Position numbers and translations under genes: made by a program. Positions 1 to 7,778 of a stretch of 32,000 nt of DNA are shown one piece after another. Under the pieces are notes generated by a model. The model worked only from the letters and a program-made list of their open reading frames with translations. It was not told where the DNA came from and ran no database searches. The first letter of the stretch is position 1, and the number at the start of each line of letters is the position of its first letter. Source of the DNA: Erysipelotrichaceae bacterium (GTDB lineage: Bacteria > Bacillota_I > Bacilli_A > Erysipelotrichales > Coprobacillaceae). The stretch is from NCBI GenBank assembly GCA_028698185.1, contig JAQVDW010000012.1:1-32000 (forward strand), given 5' to 3'.

Positions 1-457
1 CACGCTGATGAAGAGTGATAATGTTATCAATATTTTCAAATAGCGCTCCAATTTTCACTTGCTCATTAATATTAGTTGTTATCCAAGCATCGATATTTTT
101 CAATATAGTGAAATGACGTTTATAACCTTGAGGTTCCGGTTTGTATCGTTGCAGGACGCTGTGAAGATACAAACCATTGAGTCCATCTGCACTAAGTATT
201 TTTACCCCATCAGTCGCAACAAAGAATGGTCTTGAAGGCTTATACAAAGAAACAGTGTGGTCGCCAAATAAAACTATATTTTCATAATCTTCCATTGGTT
301 TTCCATCAGTATATCCTAAAATAGGTTTGTCCCCTTGTTGGATAACTTCATAACTTCCGGTATCATTTGGAACTGCCAAATACGGTCGAAATGTATGTGT
401 TGATAACACGTCACCCAACTTACGCTGTTCCCAAGCGAGTTTGGCTATTGTATCAAA
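1..457 (-). CDS. hsdS: Type I restriction-modification specificity subunit (HsdS) fragment. The 3' end runs off the window and there is no ATG at the 5' end, so it is probably truncated or a pseudogene.
   Basis: Not in the ORF track because it is cut by the window edge. Manual minus-strand translation gives FDTIAKLAWEQRKLGDVLSTHTFRPYLAVPNDTGSYEVIQQGDKPILGYTDG...VLFGDHTVSLYKPSRPFFVATDGVKIL...GYKRHFTILKNIDAWITTNINEQVKIGALFENIDNIITLHQR. This shows typical HsdS target-recognition-domain motifs (WEQRKLGD, FGDHT, EQxKIGxxFxxxDxxITLHQR). An in-frame TGA lies at 458-460 immediately upstream, and the only nearby in-frame alternative starts are TTG/GTG. The segment is visibly AT-rich compared with the neighbouring genes. 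Confidence 0.7.
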
Positions 458-615
458 TCAAGATAATTATATTTCGTTATTTGTTAAATGCAAAGTAAAC
501 AAAACAGTGGGAGTCATTGCACTGCTTTTGGTGGAGTGCTATAATAAGGTGGACTTTTAATTGGGAAACATACAATAGAAAAGAAAGAAAGTTATTTATA
601 ACTTGAGGGGATATT

Positions 616-1614
616 ATGAAAGTATTGGTCACCGGGGGAACCGGTTATATCGGCAGCCATATTTGTGTCGAATTGTTGCAGGCGGGTCACGAAGTTGTCG
701 TGATCGACGATCTTTCCAATTCGAAAAAAGAAGTCTGCGATTATATCAATGAAATCACCGGCAAGAATGTCGCGTTCTACGAATTCAGCGTCCTTGAAGA
801 AGAAAAGGTCGACGAGGTTTTCGCTGAGCACAATCTTGATGCGGTAATCCACTGCGCCGCCCTCAAGGCGGTAGGGGAGTCGGTGGCAAAGCCGATCGAA
901 TATTACACCACCAACCTGATGGGGACACTGGTTGTCACCAAGGCGATGGTCAAGCACGGAGTCAACAACATCGTATTCTCATCTAGCGCCACCGTTTATG
1001 GCGATCCTGAGATCGTGCCGATCAAGGAAGACACTCCTTTGGGAGTGACTACCAACCCATACGGGGCGTCGAAGGCGATGATGGAGCGGATTTTGAGCGA
1101 CATCCAGAAAGCGAATCCGCAAATTACCGTGACTTTGCTGCGCTACTTCAATCCGATCGGGGCCCATGAATCGGGATTGATCGGCGAGAATCCAAAGGGG
1201 ATTCCCAACAACCTGGTGCCTTACATCATGAAAGTGGCACTCAAGCAGCTCGACTGTCTGGGCGTGTTTGGCGACGACTACGACACTCATGATGGAACCG
1301 GCGTGCGCGATTATATCCACGTGGTCGATCTGGCCAAAGGTCATCTTCTCGCGCTGGAAAAATACAACAAGCCCGGAGTGAACATCACTAATCTTGGAAC
1401 CGGGGTGGGCTACTCGGTGTTGGATGTGGTCAAAGCTTTTGAAAAAGTGAGCGGGTTGAAAGTTCCCTACCAGATCAAGGAACGCCGGCCTGGGGACATC
1501 GCGACCTGTTATGCCGACCCAGGCAAAGCCAGAGCCGAACTGGGATGGCAGGCGACCAAAAATCTTGAACAGATGTGCCAGGATTCTTGGAAATTCGCCA
1601 AAAACCGGATGTAA
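616..1614 (+). CDS. galE: UDP-glucose 4-epimerase
   Basis: 332 aa. Has the N-terminal Rossmann motif MKVLVTGGTGYIGSH, plus YGASK and PGD...CYADP motifs typical of GalE. An RBS-like GAGGGG sits upstream of the ATG. Confidence 0.93.
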   Translation: MKVLVTGGTGYIGSHICVELLQAGHEVVVIDDLSNSKKEVCDYINEITGKNVAFYEFSVLEEEKVDEVFAEHNLDAVIHCAALKAVGESVAKPIEYYTTNLMGTLVVTKAMVKHGVNNIVFSSSATVYGDPEIVPIKEDTPLGVTTNPYGASKAMMERILSDIQKANPQITVTLLRYFNPIGAHESGLIGENPKGIPNNLVPYIMKVALKQLDCLGVFGDDYDTHDGTGVRDYIHVVDLAKGHLLALEKYNKPGVNITNLGTGVGYSVLDVVKAFEKVSGLKVPYQIKERRPGDIATCYADPGKARAELGWQATKNLEQMCQDSWKFAKNRM

Positions 1615-1620
1615 AGAAGA

Positions 1621-1645
1621 AACCTGAGGCCAACTCAGGTTTTTT
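1621..1645 (+). terminator. Rho-independent terminator after galE
   Basis: Stem aacctgag / ctcaggtt with a 5-nt loop, followed by TTTTT. Confidence 0.7.
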
Positions 1646-1658
1646 AATGGAGGCAGAT

Positions 1659-2699
1659 ATGGAAATAATTTTAGGATCGGCGTCGCCACGGCGCAAGGAG
1701 CTGCTTGGCTTGCTGGGATATCCGTTCACAGTGGTGGTCAGGGAAGTCGACGAGACGATTACCGGCGGGGATTTTGGGCAAATCGCCATGGACATCGCCC
1801 GCAAGAAGGCCGAGGCCTTTATCGATGACACTGATTCCCACAAGCTGTTCATCTGCGCGGACACGGTTGTGGTGGCTAAAGGCGAGATATTGACCAAGCC
1901 AAAGGACAAGGCCGACGCCGCGAGGATGCTTAAAATCCTCTCCGGCAAGGTCCACGAGGTTTACAGCGGGGTGGCCATCCTGCACCGGGGCCAGATATTC
2001 AGCTTTTTTGAAAAGACGGCGGTGGAGTTTGTCAGACTGACAAGCCAGGAGATTGACGATTACATCGCGACCGGAGAGCCCTTTGACAAGGCCGGGGCCT
2101 ATGGCATCCAGGGGTTTGGTGCCCGGTTCGTCAAACGGATCGAGGGCGATTACTACAATGTGGTCGGATTGCCCATATGCCAGCTGAACATCCATCTAAA
2201 GGATATCCTGGCAGACAACTGCACCTATATGTTGAGATGTGGCGATTCGAGCCTGTACACAGGGTGGACCAACGATATTGAGAAGCGGCTAAAATCGCAT
2301 AACAGCCATAAGGCAAGCAAGTACACCAGGGCCAAAGCTCCGGTGGAACTTGTCTATCTCGAAATTGCCTTCAACAAGTCCCAGGCGCTAAAAAGGGAAG
2401 TGGCAATCAAGAAGTTGCGCCGGCCCCAGAAAGAACAGCTGGCAATCACCGGCCAGCTTGATCTTATTGATTGTGATGATTCATCAAGGGAAGTCATGGC
2501 CCATTTTACTCTTGACTGGATCAAGGTGGAACAGCTGGTGCAAAGGACGGGGCTGGACCAGGCGCAGATCGAATCGCGTCTCGAAAGAGCCATTGATGAA
2601 GGCCGCATCGAACGGGAAGGGGACAGTTTCCGGTTCAACTTCCAGAAAAACATCCTGGACTATCATCGCTCCAAAAAGGAAAACGACCTCAAGCGGTGA
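1659..2699 (+). CDS. maf: Maf-like nucleoside-triphosphate pyrophosphatase fused in frame to a GIY-YIG (UPF0213/YazA-type) nuclease domain and a C-terminal winged-helix-like tail
   Basis: The track ORF 1575..2699 is trimmed to the ATG at 1659, which has GGAGG at 1649-1653 (an alternative ATG is at 1647). The Maf part reads MEIILGSASPRRKELL...GAYGIQG...GLPI. It runs directly into CTYMLRCGDSSLYTGWTNDIEKRLKSHNSHKASKYTRAKAPVELVYLE...ALKREVAIKKL, which is GIY-YIG. About 95 further residues follow. There is no stop codon between the parts. Confidence 0.8.
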   Translation: MEIILGSASPRRKELLGLLGYPFTVVVREVDETITGGDFGQIAMDIARKKAEAFIDDTDSHKLFICADTVVVAKGEILTKPKDKADAARMLKILSGKVHEVYSGVAILHRGQIFSFFEKTAVEFVRLTSQEIDDYIATGEPFDKAGAYGIQGFGARFVKRIEGDYYNVVGLPICQLNIHLKDILADNCTYMLRCGDSSLYTGWTNDIEKRLKSHNSHKASKYTRAKAPVELVYLEIAFNKSQALKREVAIKKLRRPQKEQLAITGQLDLIDCDDSSREVMAHFTLDWIKVEQLVQRTGLDQAQIESRLERAIDEGRIEREGDSFRFNFQKNILDYHRSKKENDLKR

Positions 2700-2790
2700 T
2701 CTGCAGCCGGCCTTGTTTTGGAAAATTATAAACGGGTAAAGGCTGAAATTGCTTAAAATTGAAATCCGGCGATATCTTGATTGATAGCGG

Positions 2791-2819
2791 TTGTCGTTGT
2801 CAAAAAAAAGGGGTATAAT
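2791..2819 (+). promoter_or_regulatory. Sigma-A-type promoter for the acidic orphan gene
   Basis: TTGTCG (2791-2796), 17-nt spacer, TATAAT (2814-2819). Confidence 0.5.
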
Positions 2820-2847
2820 GGTTATTATTACAATTAAGGAGATAGCA

Positions 2848-3996
2848 ATGAACGAGGTTGACCAGAGGTTTAGTGAAATACTCGAATCGATGAATGACAA
2901 TAATCAGGAGTTCGATTTTTACTTTTTAACCCATTCGATTAATATGTTTTTGGAAGATAATGAGGACGACAAGATTCGGTATTCCGAACTGCTGCTGCTC
3001 ACTGCCTACAAATATTTGGAAATATATGACAGCGACTATGAGCTTTTCGAACCACTTTATCTTGAAGGATTGAGTATTCTTGAGAATCTTGATGATGTGA
3101 TCGAGGATACACTTTCATCATTAAAATCCACAAGGATGAGCATCTATCGAAACATTATCAAAGCTACCAAATTGGAATTGTTTATCAAATACGACGAATA
3201 CATCTCCACCTGCCTGGAAAGCGTCCTGGAGTTCGATTTCGACCAGGAGATCATGGAGATATTCAAGGAACATCTTGAAAAAATGGCCCATGATGGCAAT
3301 GACTACAATGAACGGGTTATGGACACCATCGCCTATTGCATGAATTCGATCAAGGAGGACCAGACGGACCTCCATCTTGAAATCGATGAGGGCTTCTTGA
3401 CGATCCACCAGATCATGTCCTATTGCGCCGGGAAAATGGCGGCCAAGAAATACGACGATGCGATAGTCTGTCTCGACAAGTATCTCCAGGACAGCCGCTT
3501 TGAAAAAGAGGAGATCGCCCAGCTGCTCAAGGTGCAGTATGAGCTTTTCGAGATCGAGGACCGCGTTCTTGACGCCCTGGAAGTCGGGGCACGGCTGTTC
3601 GTGCTCGGCCACGTCGAATACTACCAGAAGATGAACCGGCTGTTCGACGACGAGATGGAAATAAACAGCCAGATCAAAAACGCCTTTCTCGACGAGGAAC
3701 GCTTCAAGGACGACGCATTGCTGGAAAAATACCTCTATTTCATCGAGTCGATCAATGATGATGACGCCCTGATCGACTATCTCATGGAAGATCCCCTGAA
3801 AATTGTCCATCACATCCACAATATCGAACCGGAGCGGTTGCCTCAGATTGTCGAGATCCTTGAAAGGGCCATCGAGATCGAATGCGAACAGGGTGAATGC
3901 TTTGCGGGTTCCTATATCGACCTGTACCGCGATTATTGCGGCAATGCCATCACCGATGAGCTGATCGAGCAGATGCGGCTCAAATACAAATTATAG
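2848..3996 (+). CDS. Hypothetical protein, strongly acidic and predicted all-helical, with no recognised domain
   Basis: The track ORF 2791..3996 starts at a TTG inside the promoter. It is trimmed to the ATG at 2848, which is preceded by AAGGAG. The product is 382 aa and very rich in D/E (for example DNNQEFDFYF, EDNEDDK, LEFDFDQEIMEIF). Flanking terminators define it as a unit. Confidence 0.7.
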   Translation: MNEVDQRFSEILESMNDNNQEFDFYFLTHSINMFLEDNEDDKIRYSELLLLTAYKYLEIYDSDYELFEPLYLEGLSILENLDDVIEDTLSSLKSTRMSIYRNIIKATKLELFIKYDEYISTCLESVLEFDFDQEIMEIFKEHLEKMAHDGNDYNERVMDTIAYCMNSIKEDQTDLHLEIDEGFLTIHQIMSYCAGKMAAKKYDDAIVCLDKYLQDSRFEKEEIAQLLKVQYELFEIEDRVLDALEVGARLFVLGHVEYYQKMNRLFDDEMEINSQIKNAFLDEERFKDDALLEKYLYFIESINDDDALIDYLMEDPLKIVHHIHNIEPERLPQIVEILERAIEIECEQGECFAGSYIDLYRDYCGNAITDELIEQMRLKYKL

Positions 3997-4018
3997 AAGT
4001 GGCCGGTGCCACTTTTTT
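3997..4018 (+). terminator. Rho-independent terminator
   Basis: Stem aagtggc / gccactt, loop cggt, then a T-run. Confidence 0.7.
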
Positions 4019-4100
4019 CATATGGAACAAATATGTAGAATTTTTGTCCGGATAGGAGTACAATATTAGATGCAATTACAGATAGGACGAGGTTTGAACA

Positions 4101-4994
4101 ATGAACAAGGAAGAACTGAAAAAAGAATTCTGGGACTGCCAGATTCTATTCAACGAATCTTTAAATAAATTCACTTACACACTTACCGGGGGCCGGGGGG
4201 AAATCGTGTTTTTTCCCGACACTCTTGAACAACTGGAGCATATCGTCAGTTATGCCAATGGCCATGATATCCCATTGACGATACTCGGCCGGGCCAGCAA
4301 CGTGATAATCAAGGACAGCGGCCTTGAAGGCTTTGTGGTTTTCACCAACCACCTGAACTCATACACGCTCCAGGGGACGACAATCACCGCCCAGGCGGGG
4401 GCTTCCCTGAAAAAAATATGCGAATACGCCTATATTTCCAGCCTTACCGGACTGGAGTTTGCGAGCGGGATACCCGGATCGCTGGGCGGAGGCGTCTATA
4501 TGAATGCCGGGGCTTATGGCGGAGAATTGAAAGACGTGATCGAATCGGTCACTGTCATCACCGCCCAGGGACAATTGAAAAAATACGACCGGGAGGAATG
4601 CGGGTTCGATTACCGTACCAGCCGTTTCCAATCCGGCGGAGAAATAGTCATCGAATGTTCCCTGAATCTCAAGGTCGGAAATTCGCATCTGATCAAGGAG
4701 CGGATGGAACAGCTGATGTATTTGCGCAGATCCCGGCAACCGTTGGAATATCCTTCATGCGGTTCGGTTTTCAAACGGCCCGAAGGCCATTTCACCGGAA
4801 AGCTGATCCAGGATGCGAACCTGCAGGGATACAAGATCGGCGGGGCCATGATCTCGACCAAACACGCGGGATTCATCGTCAACGTCGACAATGCCACCGC
4901 GACCAACTATCTCGAGCTGATCGACCTGATCCAGAATCGCATCAAAAAGGAGAATGATGTCGAACTGGTCATGGAAGTCAAGGTGCTTGGCTGA
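4101..4994 (+). CDS. murB: UDP-N-acetylenolpyruvoylglucosamine reductase
   Basis: 297 aa. FAD-binding N-terminal region (TLTGGRGEIVFFPDT...ILGRASNVII), plus GIPGSLGGGVYMNAGAYG and SCGSVFKRP motifs typical of type II MurB. Confidence 0.92.
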   Translation: MNKEELKKEFWDCQILFNESLNKFTYTLTGGRGEIVFFPDTLEQLEHIVSYANGHDIPLTILGRASNVIIKDSGLEGFVVFTNHLNSYTLQGTTITAQAGASLKKICEYAYISSLTGLEFASGIPGSLGGGVYMNAGAYGGELKDVIESVTVITAQGQLKKYDREECGFDYRTSRFQSGGEIVIECSLNLKVGNSHLIKERMEQLMYLRRSRQPLEYPSCGSVFKRPEGHFTGKLIQDANLQGYKIGGAMISTKHAGFIVNVDNATATNYLELIDLIQNRIKKENDVELVMEVKVLG

Positions 4995-5047
4995 AATCCC
5001 ATGGAAACAATAAGCTTAAATAGCGACATTATACGAGGAGAATACAG

Positions 5048-6196
5048 ATGAAAAAAATAATGCTTTTGGGGGCGACCGGCTCGATCGGCACCCAGACAAT
5101 CGACGTGATTGTAAACCATCCGGAACTGTTCGAATTGACCGGTCTGGCAGCCGGGAAAAACATCAAGGTGCTCGAAGAAATCCTGGCCAAGGTCAAAGTG
5201 AAGTATGTCTGCACCACCAACCGCCAGGAACAACTTGAACTAAAATATCCCGAGATCGTATTTTTGACCGGAGAGGAAGGCCTGCTCGAGCTGGCTCGAA
5301 ATCAGGATTATGACCTGCTTGTCAACGCGCTGGTGGGATTTGTCGGTTTGAAACCGACCCTGGAGGCCATGGCTTCCAATCATGATGTCGCTCTTGCCAA
5401 CAAGGAAACGCTCGTGGTGGCGGGGGAATATATCAATGCGGCGAAACATGAATATGAAGTCGAATTGTTTCCGATCGACTCGGAACATTCGGCGATTTTC
5501 CAGGCCTTGCGCGGCAATGATCCCAAAACCGTACGCCGTCTTTTGATCACCGCTTCAGGCGGTTCGTTCAGGGACAAGAGTCGGGAGGAACTTGAAGACG
5601 TCACCCTGGCGGATGCCCTCAAGCATCCCAACTGGGCGATGGGGGCCAAAATCACTATCGATTCGGCGACCATGATGAACAAGGGGCTCGAAGTGATCGA
5701 GGCGCACTGGCTTTTCGATGTCGATTATGACGATATCGAGGTCGTGCTCCACAAGCAGTCGATCGTGCATTCGATGGTCGAATATCAGGATTATTCGATC
5801 ATGGCACAGCTTGGCAATGCCGACATGCGCATTCCCATCCAGTATGCGATGCACTATCCCCATCGGGTGCCTTTGAAAAACAGCGACCCGCTGGATTTTT
5901 CAAAGACGATGAACCTGACTTTCGAACCGATCGATTTCGAGCGCTTCCCACTGCTCAGGCTCGCCTTTGAGACCGGGAAAAAAGGGGGCAACTTGCCGGC
6001 AGTCATGAACGCCGCCAATGAACATGCCAACCAGGCTTTCCAGGATGGCAAAATCGGCTTCCTGGAAATCGAGGAGATGGTTTTTAGTGCCGTCGCTGCC
6101 GCCAACCATATCGAAAAACCGACCCTGGACCAGCTGATCGAGGCTGATGGCTGGGCGCGGCAATTCGTGGCCAATCTCATAGAAGCAAAAAAATGA
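5048..6196 (+). CDS. dxr: 1-deoxy-D-xylulose-5-phosphate reductoisomerase
   Basis: 382 aa. Contains LGATGSIGTQT, LANKE, PIDSEHSAIFQ, TASGG.FR, HPNW.MG.KITIDSATMMNKGLEVIEA. Confidence 0.95.
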   Translation: MKKIMLLGATGSIGTQTIDVIVNHPELFELTGLAAGKNIKVLEEILAKVKVKYVCTTNRQEQLELKYPEIVFLTGEEGLLELARNQDYDLLVNALVGFVGLKPTLEAMASNHDVALANKETLVVAGEYINAAKHEYEVELFPIDSEHSAIFQALRGNDPKTVRRLLITASGGSFRDKSREELEDVTLADALKHPNWAMGAKITIDSATMMNKGLEVIEAHWLFDVDYDDIEVVLHKQSIVHSMVEYQDYSIMAQLGNADMRIPIQYAMHYPHRVPLKNSDPLDFSKTMNLTFEPIDFERFPLLRLAFETGKKGGNLPAVMNAANEHANQAFQDGKIGFLEIEEMVFSAVAAANHIEKPTLDQLIEADGWARQFVANLIEAKK

Positions 6197-6214
6197 CCGT
6201 CAAGGTCATTTTTT
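6193..6214. terminator. Bidirectional hairpin between the convergent dxr and membrane-protein genes
   Basis: Stem atgacc / ggtcat with a 5-nt loop. An A-run lies upstream and a T-run downstream. It overlaps both stop codons. Confidence 0.55.
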
Positions 6215-6770
6215 AGTTGCTTTGCAGTTTCAAGTTGATTTTTTTCAAAGCCGGAGCCAGGAAGAAATACAGGATCGAGGCGATGATCGTGGCCATGATG
6301 GCATTGACGACAACAGCGATTGAAGCGTATCCGGCAAAAATCGTCGCCGCCTCTTTGGGAACGTTCAAGATGAAGTGGCTTGTCAAAAATGATGCGATCG
6401 GTGAAAATACGAAGTTGAAAAGCATCCCCGAAGCGCATGATACGACAACCTTCAATCTTTCATTGGCGATTTTCAATTTCGTGAAGCATGTCCCGGCGAT
6501 AAGCGCGATTACAAACTTCAATATGAACGTGCTTGGCGCGTAGGGCACCCAACCGTTGGTCAAATCGAACAATCCCATCCCGATCGATGCGGCGATTCCC
6601 CCGTTGACACCGCCAAGCACCAATGCCCCAAGCAGACAGAAGACGTTTCCAAAATGGATCATCGTTTTCGCCCCGCCGAAGTTGAATGTGATGTTGAACA
6701 TCGTTCCGATGTAGCATAATGCGATAAATAAACCGTTCAATGCAATAATTCTAGTTCTGTTTGAATTCAT
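6213..6770 (-). CDS. Small polytopic membrane protein, resembling an ECF-transporter S component or vitamin-uptake protein (substrate unknown)
   Basis: 185 aa with about 5-6 hydrophobic segments and Gly-rich helices (LGALVLGGVNGGIAASIGMGLFDL). The RBS is AAGGGGGA. No ECF A/T genes are adjacent. Confidence 0.55.
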   Translation of the reverse strand: MNSNRTRIIALNGLFIALCYIGTMFNITFNFGGAKTMIHFGNVFCLLGALVLGGVNGGIAASIGMGLFDLTNGWVPYAPSTFILKFVIALIAGTCFTKLKIANERLKVVVSCASGMLFNFVFSPIASFLTSHFILNVPKEAATIFAGYASIAVVVNAIMATIIASILYFFLAPALKKINLKLQSN

Positions 6771-6907
6771 TACTATATCCCCCTTGTTCGACTTATATTA
6801 TAGCTGATTCTGTCGTTAAAGAAATATACAATTGTGACATTTTCAACCGGTACAGTTGATTGGGATCGGGTGTTTTTTGGAGCGATTGTAAAAATACAAC
6901 ATAAAAA

Positions 6908-6944
6908 AACCGCTTAGGGATACACACAATTTTCGAAAGCGGTT
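6908..6944 (-). terminator. Putative terminator after the Crp/Fnr gene
   Basis: On the minus strand, stem aaccgctt / aagcggtt is followed by TTTTTTT. The loop is large (21 nt), so confidence is moderate. Confidence 0.4.
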
Positions 6945-6958
6945 GAAATGGATGCAAT

Positions 6959-7624
6959 CTAGCTTCCCTTGAGGATCTTGAAACAGTCACGGTGGAAGTC
7001 GATGATGCCCGCCTGTTTGAGCTTGGAAAGTTCGGCGCTCAAAGCGGAACGGTCGACGACCAGATAGTCCGCAAGCCCCTGGCGGTTGAACGGGATCGTG
7101 AACTCCCGGGAATGGTGCCGGACCGATTCGTTGGCGAGAAAATCAAGAATTTTTTCCCTGGTCGTCCTTTTCGACAGGGTGTCGATCTTGGTGGTGAGCA
7201 GGATGTTCTTGGTTGCCAGAAGTTCGATCATCCTGGTGACTATGTGGTTGTGGTTGTAGCACATCTTGGAACATGGTTGGATGACCTTGTCATAATCGAC
7301 GAAGGCGACCTTGCTTTTCTGGTTGGCCACGACTTCGATCGGGATAGGCATCCGGCTGCCGGCATAGCTTTCGCCAAAGATGTCCTTCGCACACAGGGTC
7401 GTCAGGATCACATTGTTGCCGTAATAGTCGCATTTTTGCAGGTTGATGCCGCCCTCGATGACGATGCCAAGGACGTTGATGATATCGCCCTGGCGGAAGA
7501 TCACATCGCCCTTGTTGTATTCCTTCACTTCAATCGACAGGCACTTGAGCAATCCGCCTAGCTCATCGACCGTGAAATCCTGGAACAATGAAACCTGGCT
7601 GATTATTTTGACGTAATTATCCAT
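6959..7624 (-). CDS. Crp/Fnr-family transcriptional regulator, probably HcpR-like because it is divergent from hcp
   Basis: The track ORF 6959..7708 is trimmed to the ATG at 7624 (MDNYVKII), which has AAAGGAGA upstream. It has an N-terminal cNMP-binding-like beta-barrel (LFQDFTVDELGGLL...GDVIFRQGD) and a C-terminal HTH (FTIPFNRQGLADYLVVDRSALSAELSKL). Confidence 0.85.
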   Translation of the reverse strand: MDNYVKIISQVSLFQDFTVDELGGLLKCLSIEVKEYNKGDVIFRQGDIINVLGIVIEGGINLQKCDYYGNNVILTTLCAKDIFGESYAGSRMPIPIEVVANQKSKVAFVDYDKVIQPCSKMCYNHNHIVTRMIELLATKNILLTTKIDTLSKRTTREKILDFLANESVRHHSREFTIPFNRQGLADYLVVDRSALSAELSKLKQAGIIDFHRDCFKILKGS

Positions 7625-7778
7625 AAAATTTCTCCTTTCGTTGGAAATACAACGTACTTCTTGCGAGTATTGTAATATCATTAGGGTGGAAATACAAGAG
7701 AAATGCACATTTCCATGACTATGAAGATATAACGCATCGGCGGGTTATCAATAACATCAAAAACAAGGAGGAAGTAAA

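Noticed and set aside
979-1689. Long antisense or shadow ORFs in the track. Examples: 592..957(-), 979..1689(-), 1475..1948(-), 3121..3819(-), 5854..6438(-), 6992..7561(+), 9423..10331(-, 302 aa), 13921..14208(+), 22164..22715(+), 25820..26284(-), 27410..27817(-), 30745..31227(-).
   Set aside because: Each lies opposite a gene with unmistakable family motifs and a proper RBS. Their translations are low-complexity or Arg/Ser/Pro/Gly-rich, with no recognisable motifs and no RBS. This is typical of shadow frames in moderately GC-rich coding DNA.
6771-6958. A possible riboswitch (preQ1, THF or thiamine type) upstream of the ECF-S-like membrane protein.
   Set aside because: A terminator for the upstream gene and a promoter-like TATAAT about 30 nt from the start occupy the spacer. 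This leaves no room for an aptamer, and no aptamer consensus was seen.
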